Positions 1 through 13,501 are shown, counted from the first letter of the stretch. The stretch: DNA of 64,000 nucleotides from Octopus sinensis (GCF_006345805.1 NC_042998.1:119288001-119352000); one strand, 5' to 3'. The notes: generated by a model from the letters alone, not told the origin. Program-made: numbers and translations.

Positions 1-132
1 TCTCAGATTTCCATCACTTAACATGCCAATGCTTCTAATAAATCATGGATTCTTCATTTTCCGCAACGCAAAAAAAGAAAGAAACATTCGCTGCTCAAAA
101 TATATTTTTCCCCTTCTCTCTTCTCTTTTCCC

Positions 133-140
133 TCTCTCTT

Positions 141-198
<58 letters not shown>
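133..198. repeat. (CT)n microsatellite
   Basis: Direct CT dinucleotide run followed by a short (CA)n. Confidence 0.95.
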
Positions 199-210
<12 letters not shown>

Positions 211-913
211 ACTGCTGATTTACTGTTCGCATTTGCGGCCTAGAGAGATCTAGGTGAGTCTTAAGGATGCTGTCTGTTTTTGGCTCATCTGATGAAGAGC
301 ATATTATTTCGCTGTCAGCTAACCAATCTTAAACTGGTCCTTGAGAAAGTCATTTAACTCTTATTGGCTCACCATAAGTATACATTCGCTGATGGAATAA
401 TGTCAGGTATTCAAAAGAGCTACACTCTCTGAACAATATGGCTTCGAACCATTTACTTTTTCTATCAATTTCGCGTTAGCTCTAACAAAGGAAAAGAGTT
501 TAATCAAAATGAATGCTTGAAGATTTATTTTTTCGGAGCGAAATTCCTCTCAACGAAGGCGAGATGACTGTAACTAAAAGTATCTCTTGATCCGCTACAA
601 ATGTGTAGTTTAATCAGCTACATTCCATCGTGTTCAGGCAAACATGGCAGGGAATATAAAACAATAAGGTAATCTTCAATAACAACAGAAACAAACATCA
701 ATATTAACTATCAAACTGCATAGATACATTGAGATGGAAAATGCATCAATGAAGGCAGTAAGAGCACTGTATAACTGACGGATGTTCATTTAGTTTTGCA
801 ACTTCTTGAAATCAAGTGTGTACAGTTTTGTCTCTCAGTCATTTAAGAAGCATAATGATATTTGTAATAAAATTTTAATAATTTTTGTTTTTTAGAAACT
901 GTGAGAGATATCA

Positions 914-1156
914 AACTCGAAGTAGATGAAGCTATAATTAAAAGAATGTAGAATATTGGGTTAAGAAATCAGTGAATAAATATGTCAAGGGCTGTCCGAA
1001 CTCATATCTTCTGTGAACATGACAGATGTGCTTTGTCATGTTCACAGAAGGTATGGGTTCGTGTCCCACCAGCAGCTTTCGACTCTTTCCAATCCAAAGT
1101 CGTTTTTTGCCCAATATTCTACATGCTGTTATTTATAGCTATATCTACTTCGAGTT
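914..1156. repeat. Nested foldback (MITE-like) with central 28-bp hairpin
   Basis: Outer arms 914-960 and 1110-1156 match as reverse complements at 42/47. Inner arms 997-1024 and 1034-1061 pair fully, with two U:G wobbles on the + strand. Confidence 0.8.
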
Positions 1157-1504
1157 CAACCATTAAAGCAATTTTCTTGCTATTAGTTCAAGTAGAATTA
1201 ACGCACATCATGTTTCTTCTCATTACGGGAGCACGTACATACCGTTATTTCAGGCAGACACCTGATGACACAAGGAAATGTAAAATAGAAGGCGAATGTC
1301 TTGTAAGCATTATTATGGTAAATGTACATCCCAAACATGAGGTTGATATGTGGAGATCATAATCGTTAATAAAAACTTAGCTCAGATATTTAAACATAGT
1401 ATCAGGTGATGTCGTCCTTCTTGTTTAGTAAAGCAATCATTGTTTTTATTTATTCAATTTACATGCGTATTTCCAGAATAGTTATATCGCTGTCAATATA
1501 CACA

Positions 1505-2215
1505 TTCTCATCTTTTCGGGGGTCGATAAATTAAGCACCAGTTGCGTACTGGGATCGACTGGCACCCTCCCCCAAAATTTCGGGCCTTGTGCCTAGAGTA
1601 GAAAAGATTATATGCATTCTCACAAAGGCAGCGAGCCGGCAGAAACATTGGCACGTCGGGCGAAATGCTTAGTGGTATTTCATCTGTCTTTACGTTCGGA
1701 GATCAAATTCCGCCGAGCTCGACTTTTCCGTTCATCCTTTCGGGGTCGATAAATTAAGCACCAGTTGCGTTCTGGGGTCGATCTAATCGACTGACTCCCT
1801 CCACAAAAATTTCGGACCTTATGCCAAGAGTAGAAAAGATTATATACAATGTGGTGAGCTAGGAGAATCATTAACGCGCCGGATAAAATGTTTTACGTTC
1901 TGAGTTCAAATTCTTCTGAGGTTGACTTTGTCTTTCATTCTTTCGAGATCAATAAATACCAGTCGAGCACTGATGTTGATGTAATTGACTCTCCCCCTCC
2001 TCTCAAATTCCGGGCCTTATGACAAGGTGGTTAGCTAGAAAAATTGCTCGAATTGGATAAACGCTTTACAGTATTTGACTTGAGTTCAAGTTCCACCGAG
2101 GTCACCTCTGTCTTCATCCTTTCAGAGTTGAAAAAAAATAAAGAACCAGCCAATTACTGGGTGGGGGGGGGTCAATAGATTCGATTAAATCTATCCACCT
2201 AATAATTGCTGGCGT
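1505..2215 (+). mobile_element. Head-to-tail array of four family-A tRNA-derived SINE copies
   Basis: Repeated AAGGCGGCGAGCTGGCAGAA-like head, GTTCAAATTCC B-box-like motif, TTCATCCTTTCGGGGTCGATAAAT central block and AGAAAAGATTAT tail at about 1505-1610 (3' part), 1625-1842, 1849-2021 and 2023-2213. Confidence 0.85.
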
Positions 2216-2780
2216 TAAAGGTAATTATGTACATCTGACAGCTTTCTCTTTGCTACTTGTCTTCGTTTGCAATCACATTGTTCTGGGTTCAATCCCACAG
2301 CGTGGCACTTTCGGCAAACGTCATCGGTAACTTCCGCAGAGACTGAGCTGACAGAAACTGTTCACAAAACTTTTAGCAAACGGTACTTGGTCTTGGATTG
2401 TAGATTTAATCTGTCCTTGAGTACTTGTATCAAGACCCATTTTGAACCCGCCTCCGATTTCACGAGAACATCATCTATTTCTCTTACCCTTCTCGGATGG
2501 CCTGCGAAAAGCTCACGAGTTGTGCAGATCCTCCTCAGATTCAACTATAAGAAAGATTTTTACTTGAAGTATTGAAAGTGAACATTAAGTAGAAATATTT
2601 CCCGTCTTAGCCTCGGAACGTTGCACAACTAGATTTATGTTCTTGTCCTCGGTCTATAGTTAAAAGAAACTGTTAGCAGAAATGATAGAACGTTAAGTAT
2701 TACTTTATCCTTCGTTTTACCTTACATCCTTCTGGGCTTGGTTTTACGTTTATCCTTTTAAGGTTCATAAATAAAACAAG

Positions 2781-2795
2781 AGTTGTTGTTGCTGC

Positions 2796-2826
<31 letters not shown>

Positions 2827-2890
2827 GCTGTTGCTGACGATGATGATGATGATGCTGTTGTTTTTGTTACTGATGTTGCTGGTATTGTTG
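2781..2890. repeat. (GTT)n/(GAT)n compound microsatellite
   Basis: Direct trinucleotide runs. Confidence 0.9.
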
Positions 2891-2989
2891 TTCTTTAACC
2901 CCAGGTCATCACCGACTGAGAAGACCGGGTTCTAAAACGTTACACTCCTAACCATCCATTTCCACGGATATGTAGCACTGCATTATCCA

Positions 2990-3300
<311 letters not shown>

Positions 3301-4236
3301 GCAGGACTATATTGTCGGTGAGACTACAGTGTGCTTCGAGACAGATTTGATTACTACTTCTAGCGTGTCAAACGACAGTATAGAGACTCCTCGCTGGTTC
3401 GATTGACAACTGACATTTTTAATAATATACAGAAATATATTGACAAAAATGACACTCCACTTGTTTCTTTGTCAAAACAAATCATTGTGTTCGCATTAAA
3501 GTAAATAATTGCTTTCAACTCTAGATCCATTTATAGATCCGGTATAAAGACATACGTGAACATTCCATCGCCCCATGAAGTTATATCCAAGTCCGAAATG
3601 CTAGCAAATTTCAGTTGATATGAATAAGATTTATAATGGTCAGTTGATGAGTGACATCTTCCGGAAATAGTTCCCTTTCAGTGACACATCAAATATCTTC
3701 TCTGTTTTGTTTTGTATTTTCTTTTCTAGTCGATTAGTAATTACTCTTGTGTTTCTTTGTGAGTCTATATCTTTCCTTTAGCTTAGGTCTTGACTGGTAC
3801 AATATGAAGCTTCTTTCCTGAATAATAGTTGATGTCTTGTCTCTGTTCTCTCTCTCTCAATATATATATATATATATATATATATCAAACTATTTATCTA
3901 TATCAGACTATTTATCTATCAATCCATCTTTAATCTATTTCTCGTACTCTCTCTATCACTGTTTCTCTGTCTCTCCCCCCCTCTCTCTCTCTCTGTTTTG
4001 TATGTATGTGTGCGTGTGTAATGTTGAGATGCATTACAAGCTTAACACACGCAAGAAGCATTTCTGATGGTTCAAAAACTTCCATCTGAGAAGTAGGCAG
4101 CCTTACAATAAGGCGAGTCTCTTGCGTTTGCAAACTACAAGTAATGTATCTCAGCATCAAACTACTGATACAATATATTGAAACGTCTTGGTATGTTTCG
4201 AGTGATCTATTATTTCATTTTTACACTTATCACCGC

Positions 4237-4239
<3 letters not shown>

Positions 4240-4269
<30 letters not shown>

Positions 4270-4314
4270 TACACAAGTACGCGCATACACACTAGCACAC
4301 ACACAAACACACAC

Positions 4315-4399
<85 letters not shown>

Positions 4400-4470
4400 C
4401 ATACATACATACATACATACATACATACATACATACATACATACATACATACATACATACATACATACAT
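4240..4470. repeat. (CA)n-(TAGA)n-(TACA)n compound microsatellite
   Basis: Direct runs. Confidence 0.95.
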
Positions 4471-5441
4471 AGAGTATATTATTCTTATATTATTATTTGA
4501 CAACTAGTCTACAATTTAACCAGTTGACTAATTGATTACTTAGTAATCGGTAATCAGTCAATGAGCTAGGTCCCTCAGATTTCTTCTGTCGCCATTTTCG
4601 ATCTCATCTATGATACGCCCTTACTATACCAATAGAAAGAATGGTATGTCATTCATGAGGTCGTGTGTTTCAACGCACAATTTCGCATCATGTATCTTGC
4701 AAAGCAAATACAAGAACGAAATAAATTAGATTCCTTGAGGAAAATCCCAGTTTTCGTTTGTATTTGACATTCCTTTTTTCGAGATGTGAGTAATTTGGAG
4801 ATTCGTTTACACACTTTGTATAGTAGAAAGAAGTGCTTCAAATTTCTATGGAGAAGTAAATATATTCAGGTAATATTCTTTGTCTATATTTAATGATAAT
4901 ATTATTTTCTTTCAATTTGGCAGTTTCGAAATTAGCCTTGCAGGGTGTTGGGTAAGGGTTGTTATATATTATTACACATGCAATTCAGAGGAGATGAGAG
5001 ATTAAAATTTTGTTGTTTTCAGTTCAAAAAATCACAGATAAATAGATGTAAATGATATTGTTATACATATTTCTTTGTCTTTATTTCAGACAAAGGCATA
5101 GAGAAGTTGATCAGAAATTTAAATTTTGAACCAATGGCCAAGTATATGTCCGTTTTTCTGCAACATTATTGCTCTATCATCTGAATTCAGTTGAATAGCG
5201 TCCTTCAATCTAACATAGACTTTACGCAGTAGTTTGCAATTCAATCAGGTTTGTTTTCCACTAGTCCTCTTCGCTTCTCTGGATTTAGCAGAACTTGATG
5301 GAGGTGCTTGGAGCCAGATAGGTTTGGTCGTCACATTGAAGTAAGTGTAGCATTTTTGGAAGGAAACTATTCTTGATGTTTCTTTGCTTCGAAAAAAAAA
5401 TACATTAGGAATGAGCACCCAGGTTCGAAATTTCCCCCAAT

Positions 5442-5485
5442 ACACCTGATGAAGGCTGGAGGGTATATCAGCCGAAACGTTGTGT
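5442..5485 (+). ncRNA. Minimal type I hammerhead ribozyme motif in a probable PLE pLTR fragment
   Basis: ACAC-CTGATGA-A-GGCTG(GAGGGTATAT)CAGCC-GAAA-CGT-T-GTGT: helix I ACAC/GTGT, 5-bp helix II, palindromic ACGT helix III, cleavage triplet GUU. Confidence 0.7.
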
Positions 5486-6526
5486 TAACAACAAACAAGA
5501 TGAGGACAAATATCCGTCAAATGTAAATAATGTAAATAATGTTCATACATCAGTGTTTTTGTGTTTATGTTTTTCATGGTTCTAGTGCCTAATCCATATC
5601 TCTTTTCAGAACAATTCTTCTATTCCTATCTGCCAACTCCTCTGTTGCCATTATAATGACATTAGGAGATGAGATCCTGTTCCTTTTGGAGACGTATAAA
5701 TGTAATTTTCGATCGCAGCATTTGGTGAGTTTTGATACAGTTTTGCTTTCAGTTTATTCGTGTAATATGAACCTCATTTCTGTTCTAGTTTAATAGATCC
5801 GAGATGCTCATGGTTGTAATAAAGATGTATTCGGGGCAGAAAAGCACACCATTTGAGTTGCACCACCCTACACTATGTTTGATAATAACTGCACACCATT
5901 ACACGGTTCTTGTTCAACGCAAGTATGAAAATCGCTCATTTCAATCAGCTTATTCTCTGATGCAAACTGTGTATGGTCTGTAGCACAGAGTCCTCTTTTG
6001 CACCATCAGAGTTTAATATCAGCAGAGCATAAACTTTGATGGAGGTAGCATACTCATTTTGCTACGGTAACTCGCCAATTCATGATCTAGTCACTAATAA
6101 CATTTATTTCTTAGGTTCATTTGACCATATTAATAAATTTTGTGGCAAAGCTAACCCAAGCTCATTACTCTGCTTGTTATTCAGTTCAAAATAATGTGTA
6201 CGCCATATCTACGTTACTACCAGATTCTAACAGTTTCGTTTTGCAAAAAGCAGTTATTTTGATATTGTATTGTTCTAACTTCAGTGCCACCAGCGGGTAT
6301 GTCCTTTAGTTGATCAGTTTTTCCTCTTTCTCTCATAGGCCCAATGTTATAGGAAGCCTGATAAAAGCTTAGTTTCTAAAACTCTAAATTTTGCTTGTTA
6401 CTCAGAGCGGGAGATAACCTGTACGATTTTTTATAACTCAATAATCGTTCTTTGGGAACTGAACCTTGAATCACGTGGCCTCAAAGCGATTTTCTTAACC
6501 ATACAGCCACAACTACTCTAAAGTAA

Positions 6527-6654
<128 letters not shown>

Positions 6655-6714
6655 TAGAAAAAGAAATAGAAAGTACTTGGTGCAGTAGTGTATATTTGAA
6701 AAACATAAAAACTT

Positions 6715-7162
6715 CTTTTCTGATAATAATTCCCCACTTCATTGATTGGATGTTTACAAATCGTGTCGCGATTCGTTTTTCTTTTCTTTTTCTTATTTTT
6801 TCCAGTCATCAGAAGGTCTTTTGTTGTTGTTTTTTTTTTCTTTATAAAAAGGGGTCTCTGATTTGGCACTGAGTTTCTTGCTCAAAAGCAATTTTTAAAC
6901 TGTTCATTTTGGTATATCGTTTTGATCTTTGTGTGAGCGTTGATGGGGTTAGAGATCAAAACTATATTAAAAGAACTCTGATACCAAAAGAAGAACAGTT
7001 TCAAAATTGCTTTCGTGGAAGAAACTCAGTCCCAAATCAGAGACCTTTTTATAACGAAAAAAAAAATCCAGTGATCAGTGGATAAAAAAGAAAAAGAAAA
7101 AAAGATCACGATGCGATTTGTAAACATCTAACCATTATAGTGGAATGTAATTATGAGAAAAG
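6715..7162. mobile_element. Foldback MITE with long imperfect TIRs
   Basis: CTTTTCTGATAAT...GATGTTTACAAATCG and GGTCTCTGATTTGGCACTGAGTTTCTT on the left are mirrored by AAGAAACTCAGTCCCAAATCAGAGACC and CGATTTGTAAACATC...ATTATGAGAAAAG on the right. Confidence 0.75.
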
Positions 7163-7307
7163 TCACGTGTGTGTGCGTGTGTGCGCGCGCGTGTGCTTGT
7201 GTGTTTCAAATATATATGTATATAAATATATAGATATGTGTATATTTATATATTAATATATCTTTATACATATTCTTATATATATATATTTATATTTATA
7301 TACATAC

Positions 7308-7354
<47 letters not shown>

Positions 7355-7488
7355 CGAAAGAACAGAGAATTTAAACAGCTATGTATCTCAATATATATTC
7401 CTGGAACATAATTACGTTTCTGGTGTGTGTGTGTGCGTGTGTGTGTGTATGTGTGTGTGTGTGTGTGTGTGCGTGTGTGCGTACGTGC

Positions 7489-7541
<53 letters not shown>

Positions 7542-8713
7542 GATGTACATATATGAACACAGATATCTATATCAATGTTTGTATACGTGTGTGTAAGTGT
7601 TTGAGTGAGAATTTGTGAATCAATCTGGTATTAACATCAAACCTGAAAACATACAAAAGATCGCTTTTATGTATCTCTGCAAAAAAATATAACCAAGTGT
7701 GTTCAGATAAGTTCTTAGCTTGTGGCTCTGCCTGCAAGCAGAACGACTGACACTCTATCTAACTGTCTTCTCTGCTACCACTCATAACATTCTATAGCCG
7801 ACATTCAACTTTCCTTATCTCAGTTGTGCAAGGATCAATATTGTCAGAGTGAATATGAAGCAAAAGTCCTAAAGATGCGGAAAGTTTAAATTTATCGATT
7901 GCATAAGAGACCTTCACATAAATGGAAGGACTAAGGCTGACGCTAGTATGGAATAGCAGAACGCATATATTCCGAACACAACATTCTCTAGCTCTGGGGG
8001 CTGTTCGTGCTATTCTTACAAAGAAGGTTTATTTGCTTGCTGTCAGCAGTCTCTGAACAATTGTCTACCTGTTTGTTTTTTATTACTTCTTTCGTTTCCT
8101 TTTTTCTTTTTCTTTCTTTTCCTTTTTTCTTTTTCGTTCTTTTTTTTTTTGAGTAGGAGGGGAAATAATTCCTCAGAATCTATAATGTTACTAAAGGTTT
8201 TATAAGCGTCATAAGATATCAGATTTTATTGTCGTGAAACAGTTAGACAGTTTGTAAAGTTTATTGATCTTTTCTATCGAAAATATTTTAAAACCTAATA
8301 GAAAGAGATTGTGTTTATCGATTTGATGAATATTTATTTGATGCCAGTCAAAACTTTTCAGTAGTAATAATCTTAATAGAGCCACACAGCTGAGAAAATA
8401 ATAAGATACCATCCAACCATTCGACAGTTTATATATGTGCAGCTGTGATACGTTGTGTCCCTTGATAAAGAAATACAATCTTCTATATTTCAGTTCTCCT
8501 CGTTGCAAGGATATGTCAGCAGGAAGAACATATAATTCATAAGTACTTCGTTAGTTTGCTGAGTTTATATCAAATTATCTTAAACCCACGAGTGGAATAC
8601 ACTCATCAGATTTATTTACCTTAGACATTCATTATGAGACAAAAGTACCTTCATAAAACTACGACTCAATGGTATGTGTGATGTTCATCTACAAGACTCT
8701 TATTATTATTATT

Positions 8714-9125
8714 CAGTAGTTTTATTTTTATAGCGTGCTTTCACTTCACTACCGAGCGCAGCTCTGTGTGCCTTGGGTATGTGCTGTGATTTGTTGTGAT
8801 GTTCTGGTGGTTACTGTATTGAAAGTGTTCTGCGTAGGATGTGTGCAGTGCCTAGTAGTGCAATTTTCTGTATGTTATATGTGTTTGTAAGTCCTGGTGT
8901 TTTTGTTATGTATTTGTCTGAATATTTTTTTATCATGCCTAATGCACCTACTATGATAGGAATTGTTTCTGTTTTTAGATTCCACATTCTAGTTACCTCT
9001 ATTTCCAGGTCTTTGTATTTTGAAAGTTACTCCATTTCTTTTAGAGACACGTTGTCATCTGCTAGTATTGATACATCAATTAGGAAGCATTTTTTCTTCA
9101 TGATCTCTGACAACTATATCTGGTC
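8714..9125 (-). mobile_element. 5'-truncated R4/Dong-like non-LTR retrotransposon (REL endonuclease C-terminus plus 3' UTR), pseudogenised
   Basis: Minus strand reads PDIVVRDHEE/KCFLIDVSILADDNVSLKEME*LSKYKDLEIEVTRMWNLKTETIPIIVGALGMIKK...IQKIALLGTAHILRRTLSIQ*, a restriction-enzyme-like PD-(D/E)xK domain. It has one frameshift and one stop and is flanked by (TTA)n on both sides. Confidence 0.85.
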
Positions 9126-9134
9126 ATATTTTAA

Positions 9135-9245
<111 letters not shown>

Positions 9246-9252
9246 TAGTATC

Positions 9253-9690
9253 AAGGCGGTAAACTGGCGGAATCGTTAGCACGCCGGGGAGAATGCTTAG
9301 AGGTATTTCATCCATCTTCACGTTCTGAGTTCAAATTCCGCCGAAGTCTACTTTGCCTTTCATCCTTTCGGAGTCGATAAACTAAGTACCAGTGAAACAC
9401 TGGGGTCGATGTAATCGATTAGTCCCCTGCCGTCAAATTCCAGGCCTTGTGTCTTTAATAGAAATAATTATTTAGTATCAAGAGGATGGTTAATAGGCCG
9501 AATCGTTGGAGCGTCGGAAAAAATGCGTTGCGACATTTGTTCCTATATTTTACATTTGAGTTTAAATCCATAATCAGCTTTGTCTTTCATCCTTTCGGGG
9601 TTGATAAAATAATGTACTATCGAAGTACTGGATCAATAAAATCGATTAAGCACCTCTCCACGAAATTGCTTACGTTGTGCCTTAATTAAA
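9253..9690 (+). mobile_element. Two tandem family-A SINEs; the first is flanked by a 16-bp direct repeat
   Basis: Copies at about 9253-9468 and 9481-9690; ATTATTTAGTATCAAG at 9240-9255 and 9467-9482. Confidence 0.85.
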
Positions 9691-10425
9691 AACAGTTGCT
9701 TAGTATAAGGAGGATGGTGGATTGATATAATCGTTACCACATCGAGCAAAATAAGTTACGTTATATCTTGTGACACTTTACGGACATGAGCATAGTATGT
9801 TGATGACTGAAGTTGTGTTTTTCAGTCCACTGAGCTTGTCTGGAGGTAGTCTGTAATGTTTATCGCTATAATGGCAACGCTTTCATTTTTGCGTCCAGTA
9901 CGGATACCAGCAAGTGTTTTCATTAAAGAATGCATTTTGGGGGTCTCCTCAAAGAAAACTCTTCACCTCTGGGATTAGTTTTTACTGTTATCTGTTCTTA
10001 TTAACTGAGTTTGAAGGAAGGGACAGTCCGCATGTCCTCCGAGACTGGTGAGATTGATGCTGTTTATTGTTCCTCCCGAACCGTTACAAGTCAATTCGAT
10101 ATCCACATGAATGATATAAGCCAGGAAAGAGTTCCAGTGGGTCGACGTTGTGGTAAGAAAATCCCAAGCGTATTCTTTAATGTGGAGTGTGGACTGAGAA
10201 AGTTGGAAACAACAAGGGTGCTGGTAGGATGAGAAATGAATGAGCCGGGAATACCTGAGTGGAGACGGATGTTTCCAGTCAGCTCTGATAGGCAGAAACT
10301 GTTGCAGAAACGGTAGAAACGACAGAGAAAAGAGACTGCATAAGTGATCTTATGCTAGTCAGTCGAGGGACTTTTGTGCTGAATATGAAGTTCGTACCTC
10401 AAACAAACTCTTTTAAAGGAGAATA

Positions 10426-10429
<4 letters not shown>

Positions 10430-10502
<73 letters not shown>

Positions 10503-10505
10503 CTC
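10430..10505. repeat. (CT)n microsatellite
   Basis: Direct run. Confidence 0.95.
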
Positions 10506-10852
10506 AGACGAGATATTAGCCTCTGGAACATCAGAATTATTTTTCTCACCATAAAAACCCATTTACGAACACCTCCAAATAAATTCAGCTAATGAAGAAA
10601 CCCGCAAGTTTCCTCGGAAGATTCATGGGTGGTTATATTTTATTTATTAATACATGGTCACTGTTGAAGGCAATGATATGTTATGAGTTTTCCTAATATT
10701 TGTAAAGTTTGCGGCGGTTATATTTATGCTTTGTATAAAATGTATCATTTCGTGAGGGGTTTGCTGTTGTTGTTGTTGTGGATATTACCAAGTTCAACTA
10801 TGATCGAGCAAACTTATAATATAATCAGACAAAATTATGATATACGAGAGTT

Positions 10853-11086
10853 ATAAGGCGGCGAGCAGGCAGAATCGTTAGCACGCCGGGCGAAATGTGT
10901 AGCCGTATTTCGTCTGCCGTTACGTTCTGAGCTCAAATTCCGCCGAAGTCGACTTTGCCTTTCATCCTTTCGGGATCGATTAAATAAGTACCAGTTACGT
11001 ACTGGTGTCGATATAATCGACTTAATCCGTTTGTCTGTCCTTGTTTGTCCTCTCTGTGTTTAGCCCCTTGTGGGTAGTAAAAAATA
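10853..11086 (+). mobile_element. Full-length family-A SINE with 14-bp TSD
   Basis: Intact head, central block and tail; GATATACGAGAGTT at 10839-10852 and 11087-11100. Confidence 0.9.
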
Positions 11087-11939
11087 GATATACGAGAGTT
11101 TTTATAAGTCCTGTCGTGATTACTTTCCCTTTAAAGGGTCATATCTAGAACAATATTACCCAGTGTCCTTTCCTTTCCCATGTGGCATGCGAATCGAAAG
11201 AGATTTGGCTGCTATATCAAGCAAACTGAGAATCCATTATGTTTTCGTGACTTGCAATTTCAGTGTCTTAGTGCTGTTGTGTTAGACTAGTTTGCCATGT
11301 GTCCGTGTAATAATCACTTACTTTCTCTGTCTGTTTCTTTCCACCTTTCTATTCTCCTCTTGTTAAAGCAGATGGCCGATTAATAATTTTACTGATAAAT
11401 TTATGATTCTATTTGAACCTTTCCAGAGTTAAATCTGCCACGTAATAACTTCGGCTTATCTACAGTTTACAAAGTGTTAATATATTAGCAAGAAACATAT
11501 TTCGCTGACCGCCTGGATCGACATAAGTTAGTTTAGCAAATTATTATAGGTTTTCATTTCATCGGCTCCCTAGTGAGAAAATGCTGATGGGAATAGCATT
11601 TCATACTACTATCTATTGAATAGTTAAATATTCTTCTTACCATTTATAATGTTACCGGTGGCATAAATGAGTTTCTCTACAAACGAATATCGAAATTATG
11701 TCACGGACTCACTCGATTTGCCGGGAGCTTATACCACCTTCCACCAAGCGCCCTCTACTCAAATATATTGATTTATTACACGCATAGCGTGAGTCCTTCT
11801 ATGCATATAATAATACAGTATTCGAAGCCTCACAGGATAAATATGAAACTGAAATTATATTACTTAAATGTTATCGCAATACCGAAGAAAGGAATACACT
11901 TAAACTATCTGACGGTAACGTTGTCACTAAAATAAAATT

Positions 11940-12745
11940 AATAACGATTCCAAATTTTGGCACAAGGCCAGCAGTTTTTTGCGGTGAAGGGAAGTCGATT
12001 ACATCGACCCCAGCGCTTAACTGCTAGTTATTTTATCGATCCCGGAAGGATGAAAGGCAAAGTCGACCCCGGCATATGAACCCAGAACGTAAAGATGGAC
12101 GCAATACCGTCAAGCATTTTTTCAGCATGCTAACGATTCTCACCGCCTTTAAAATATGATTAATAATAAAACTGTACAGAATTATTTCCCCCTATTTTAG
12201 AATACTCTTTCTCTCTCGTTACTATACTAATTTCTAGCACTCAGCACACGGTCTCAAATTTAAGTAGGAAAGAATTTAGACTATTACATTGACTTTACGA
12301 AACGTATTTTATTTTATTGATCCTCGGAAGAATGAAAGATAAAGTTGACATCTGCCATATTTGAATTCAGAACGTAGAATACACAATTAAAGAGCGAAAA
12401 CTATTTTCCCAGTGCTTAACCACAACTTATTTTATCGACCCTGAAAGGATGAAAGACAAAGTAGACCTGGTCGGAATTTGAACTCAGAACGTAGTCAGAT
12501 GAAATTCCACTAAGCATTTTGCACGGCATGCTAACGATTCTGCCAGCTCGCCGCCTTACACGCTCCTTAATATTACCTTTATCTATATACCGCGAGCTGG
12601 CAGAATCGTTAGGATGTCGGATCAGTCGAGGTCAGCTTTGCCTTCCATTTTTTTCGGGATCAATAAAATAAGTACCAGTTGAGCAATGTGGTCCACTTAT
12701 CTCACCACCGAAATCGGTAGGCTTGGGCCAAAATTTGAAACCAAT
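11940..12745. mobile_element. Cluster of family-A SINE copies (three on minus, one on plus)
   Basis: Reverse-complement central block (TTTATCGACCC...GGATGAAAGGCAAAGTCGAC) at about 11940-12150, 12225-12375 and 12420-12560; plus-strand copy at about 12590-12745. Confidence 0.8.
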
Positions 12746-12867
12746 ATAACCTTTACCTATACTTATCATATATTCAGTACTGTGCGCAGCGTAGAGATAA
12801 GTTCCAAGAAGACTGGTTTTGACCTCAACTTACAATCATTGTAGTTCTTCTGTTAAACTTTTCAGTT

Positions 12868-12895
12868 AGATAGATAGATAGATAGATAGATAGAC

Positions 12896-12984
<89 letters not shown>
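12868..12984. repeat. (TAGA)n microsatellite
   Basis: Direct run. Confidence 0.95.
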
Positions 12985-13265
12985 TCATAAGGTTATGAGT
13001 TCAGTTCCTAGTGAATCGTTGTGTCCTTGAGCAAGATACTTTATTTCACGTTGCTTCACTCAGGTGGCAAAAACGCGTAGTACCTGGTTTTTCAAAGGGC
13101 CAGCCTTGTCACACTCTCTGTCACGCTGAATCTCCCTGAGAACGACGTTAAAAGTACACGTGTCTGTGGTGTGCTCTGCCACTTGCACGTTAATTTCACG
13201 AGCAAGCTGTTCTGTTGGTCGTATCAGTTGGGTCTCCCGTCGTCGTAACCGACGGAGTGCTCGTA
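12985..13265 (+). mobile_element. 5'-truncated SINE sharing its 3' half with family C
   Basis: GTCCTTGAGCAAGATACTT block, then TTGTCACACTCTCTGTCACGCTGAAT...CCGTCGTCGTAACCGACGGAGTGC, matching the reverse complement of 29712-29885. Confidence 0.75.
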
Positions 13266-13321
13266 CCTATTTACAAAATATATATAAACACAAAATATAT
13301 ATTTACATGTATGTATGTATG

Positions 13322-13353
<32 letters not shown>

Positions 13354-13501
13354 AAGAGTGATCACTCAGTTTCGTTAAGTTTCTGTAGACAAACTCATAT
13401 TGAATCTGCAGAAGAAAAAAAAACAATAATATTAGTGATATTTCCAGAAATGTCCAGATTTTATGATTACCCTGTAAATATGTGTGGGCACATATATATA
13501 T

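Noticed and set aside
289-320. CTGATGA hammerhead core
   Set aside because: No helix II closure or GAAA downstream.
982-1362. 126-aa ORF
   Set aside because: No recognisable motif; overlaps a foldback and has no splice or homology support.
2362-2575. Overlapping 60- and 102-aa ORFs in complex sequence
   Set aside because: No recognisable domain; probably old repeat debris.
8585-8609. Minus-strand CTGATGA with an adjacent hairpin
   Set aside because: The hairpin uses the core G8/A9 and no GAAA follows.
9850-10330. GC-richer complex block (similarly 38330-38620 and 49200-49880)
   Set aside because: Probably old retroelement sequence, but I could not identify diagnostic motifs, so no call is made.
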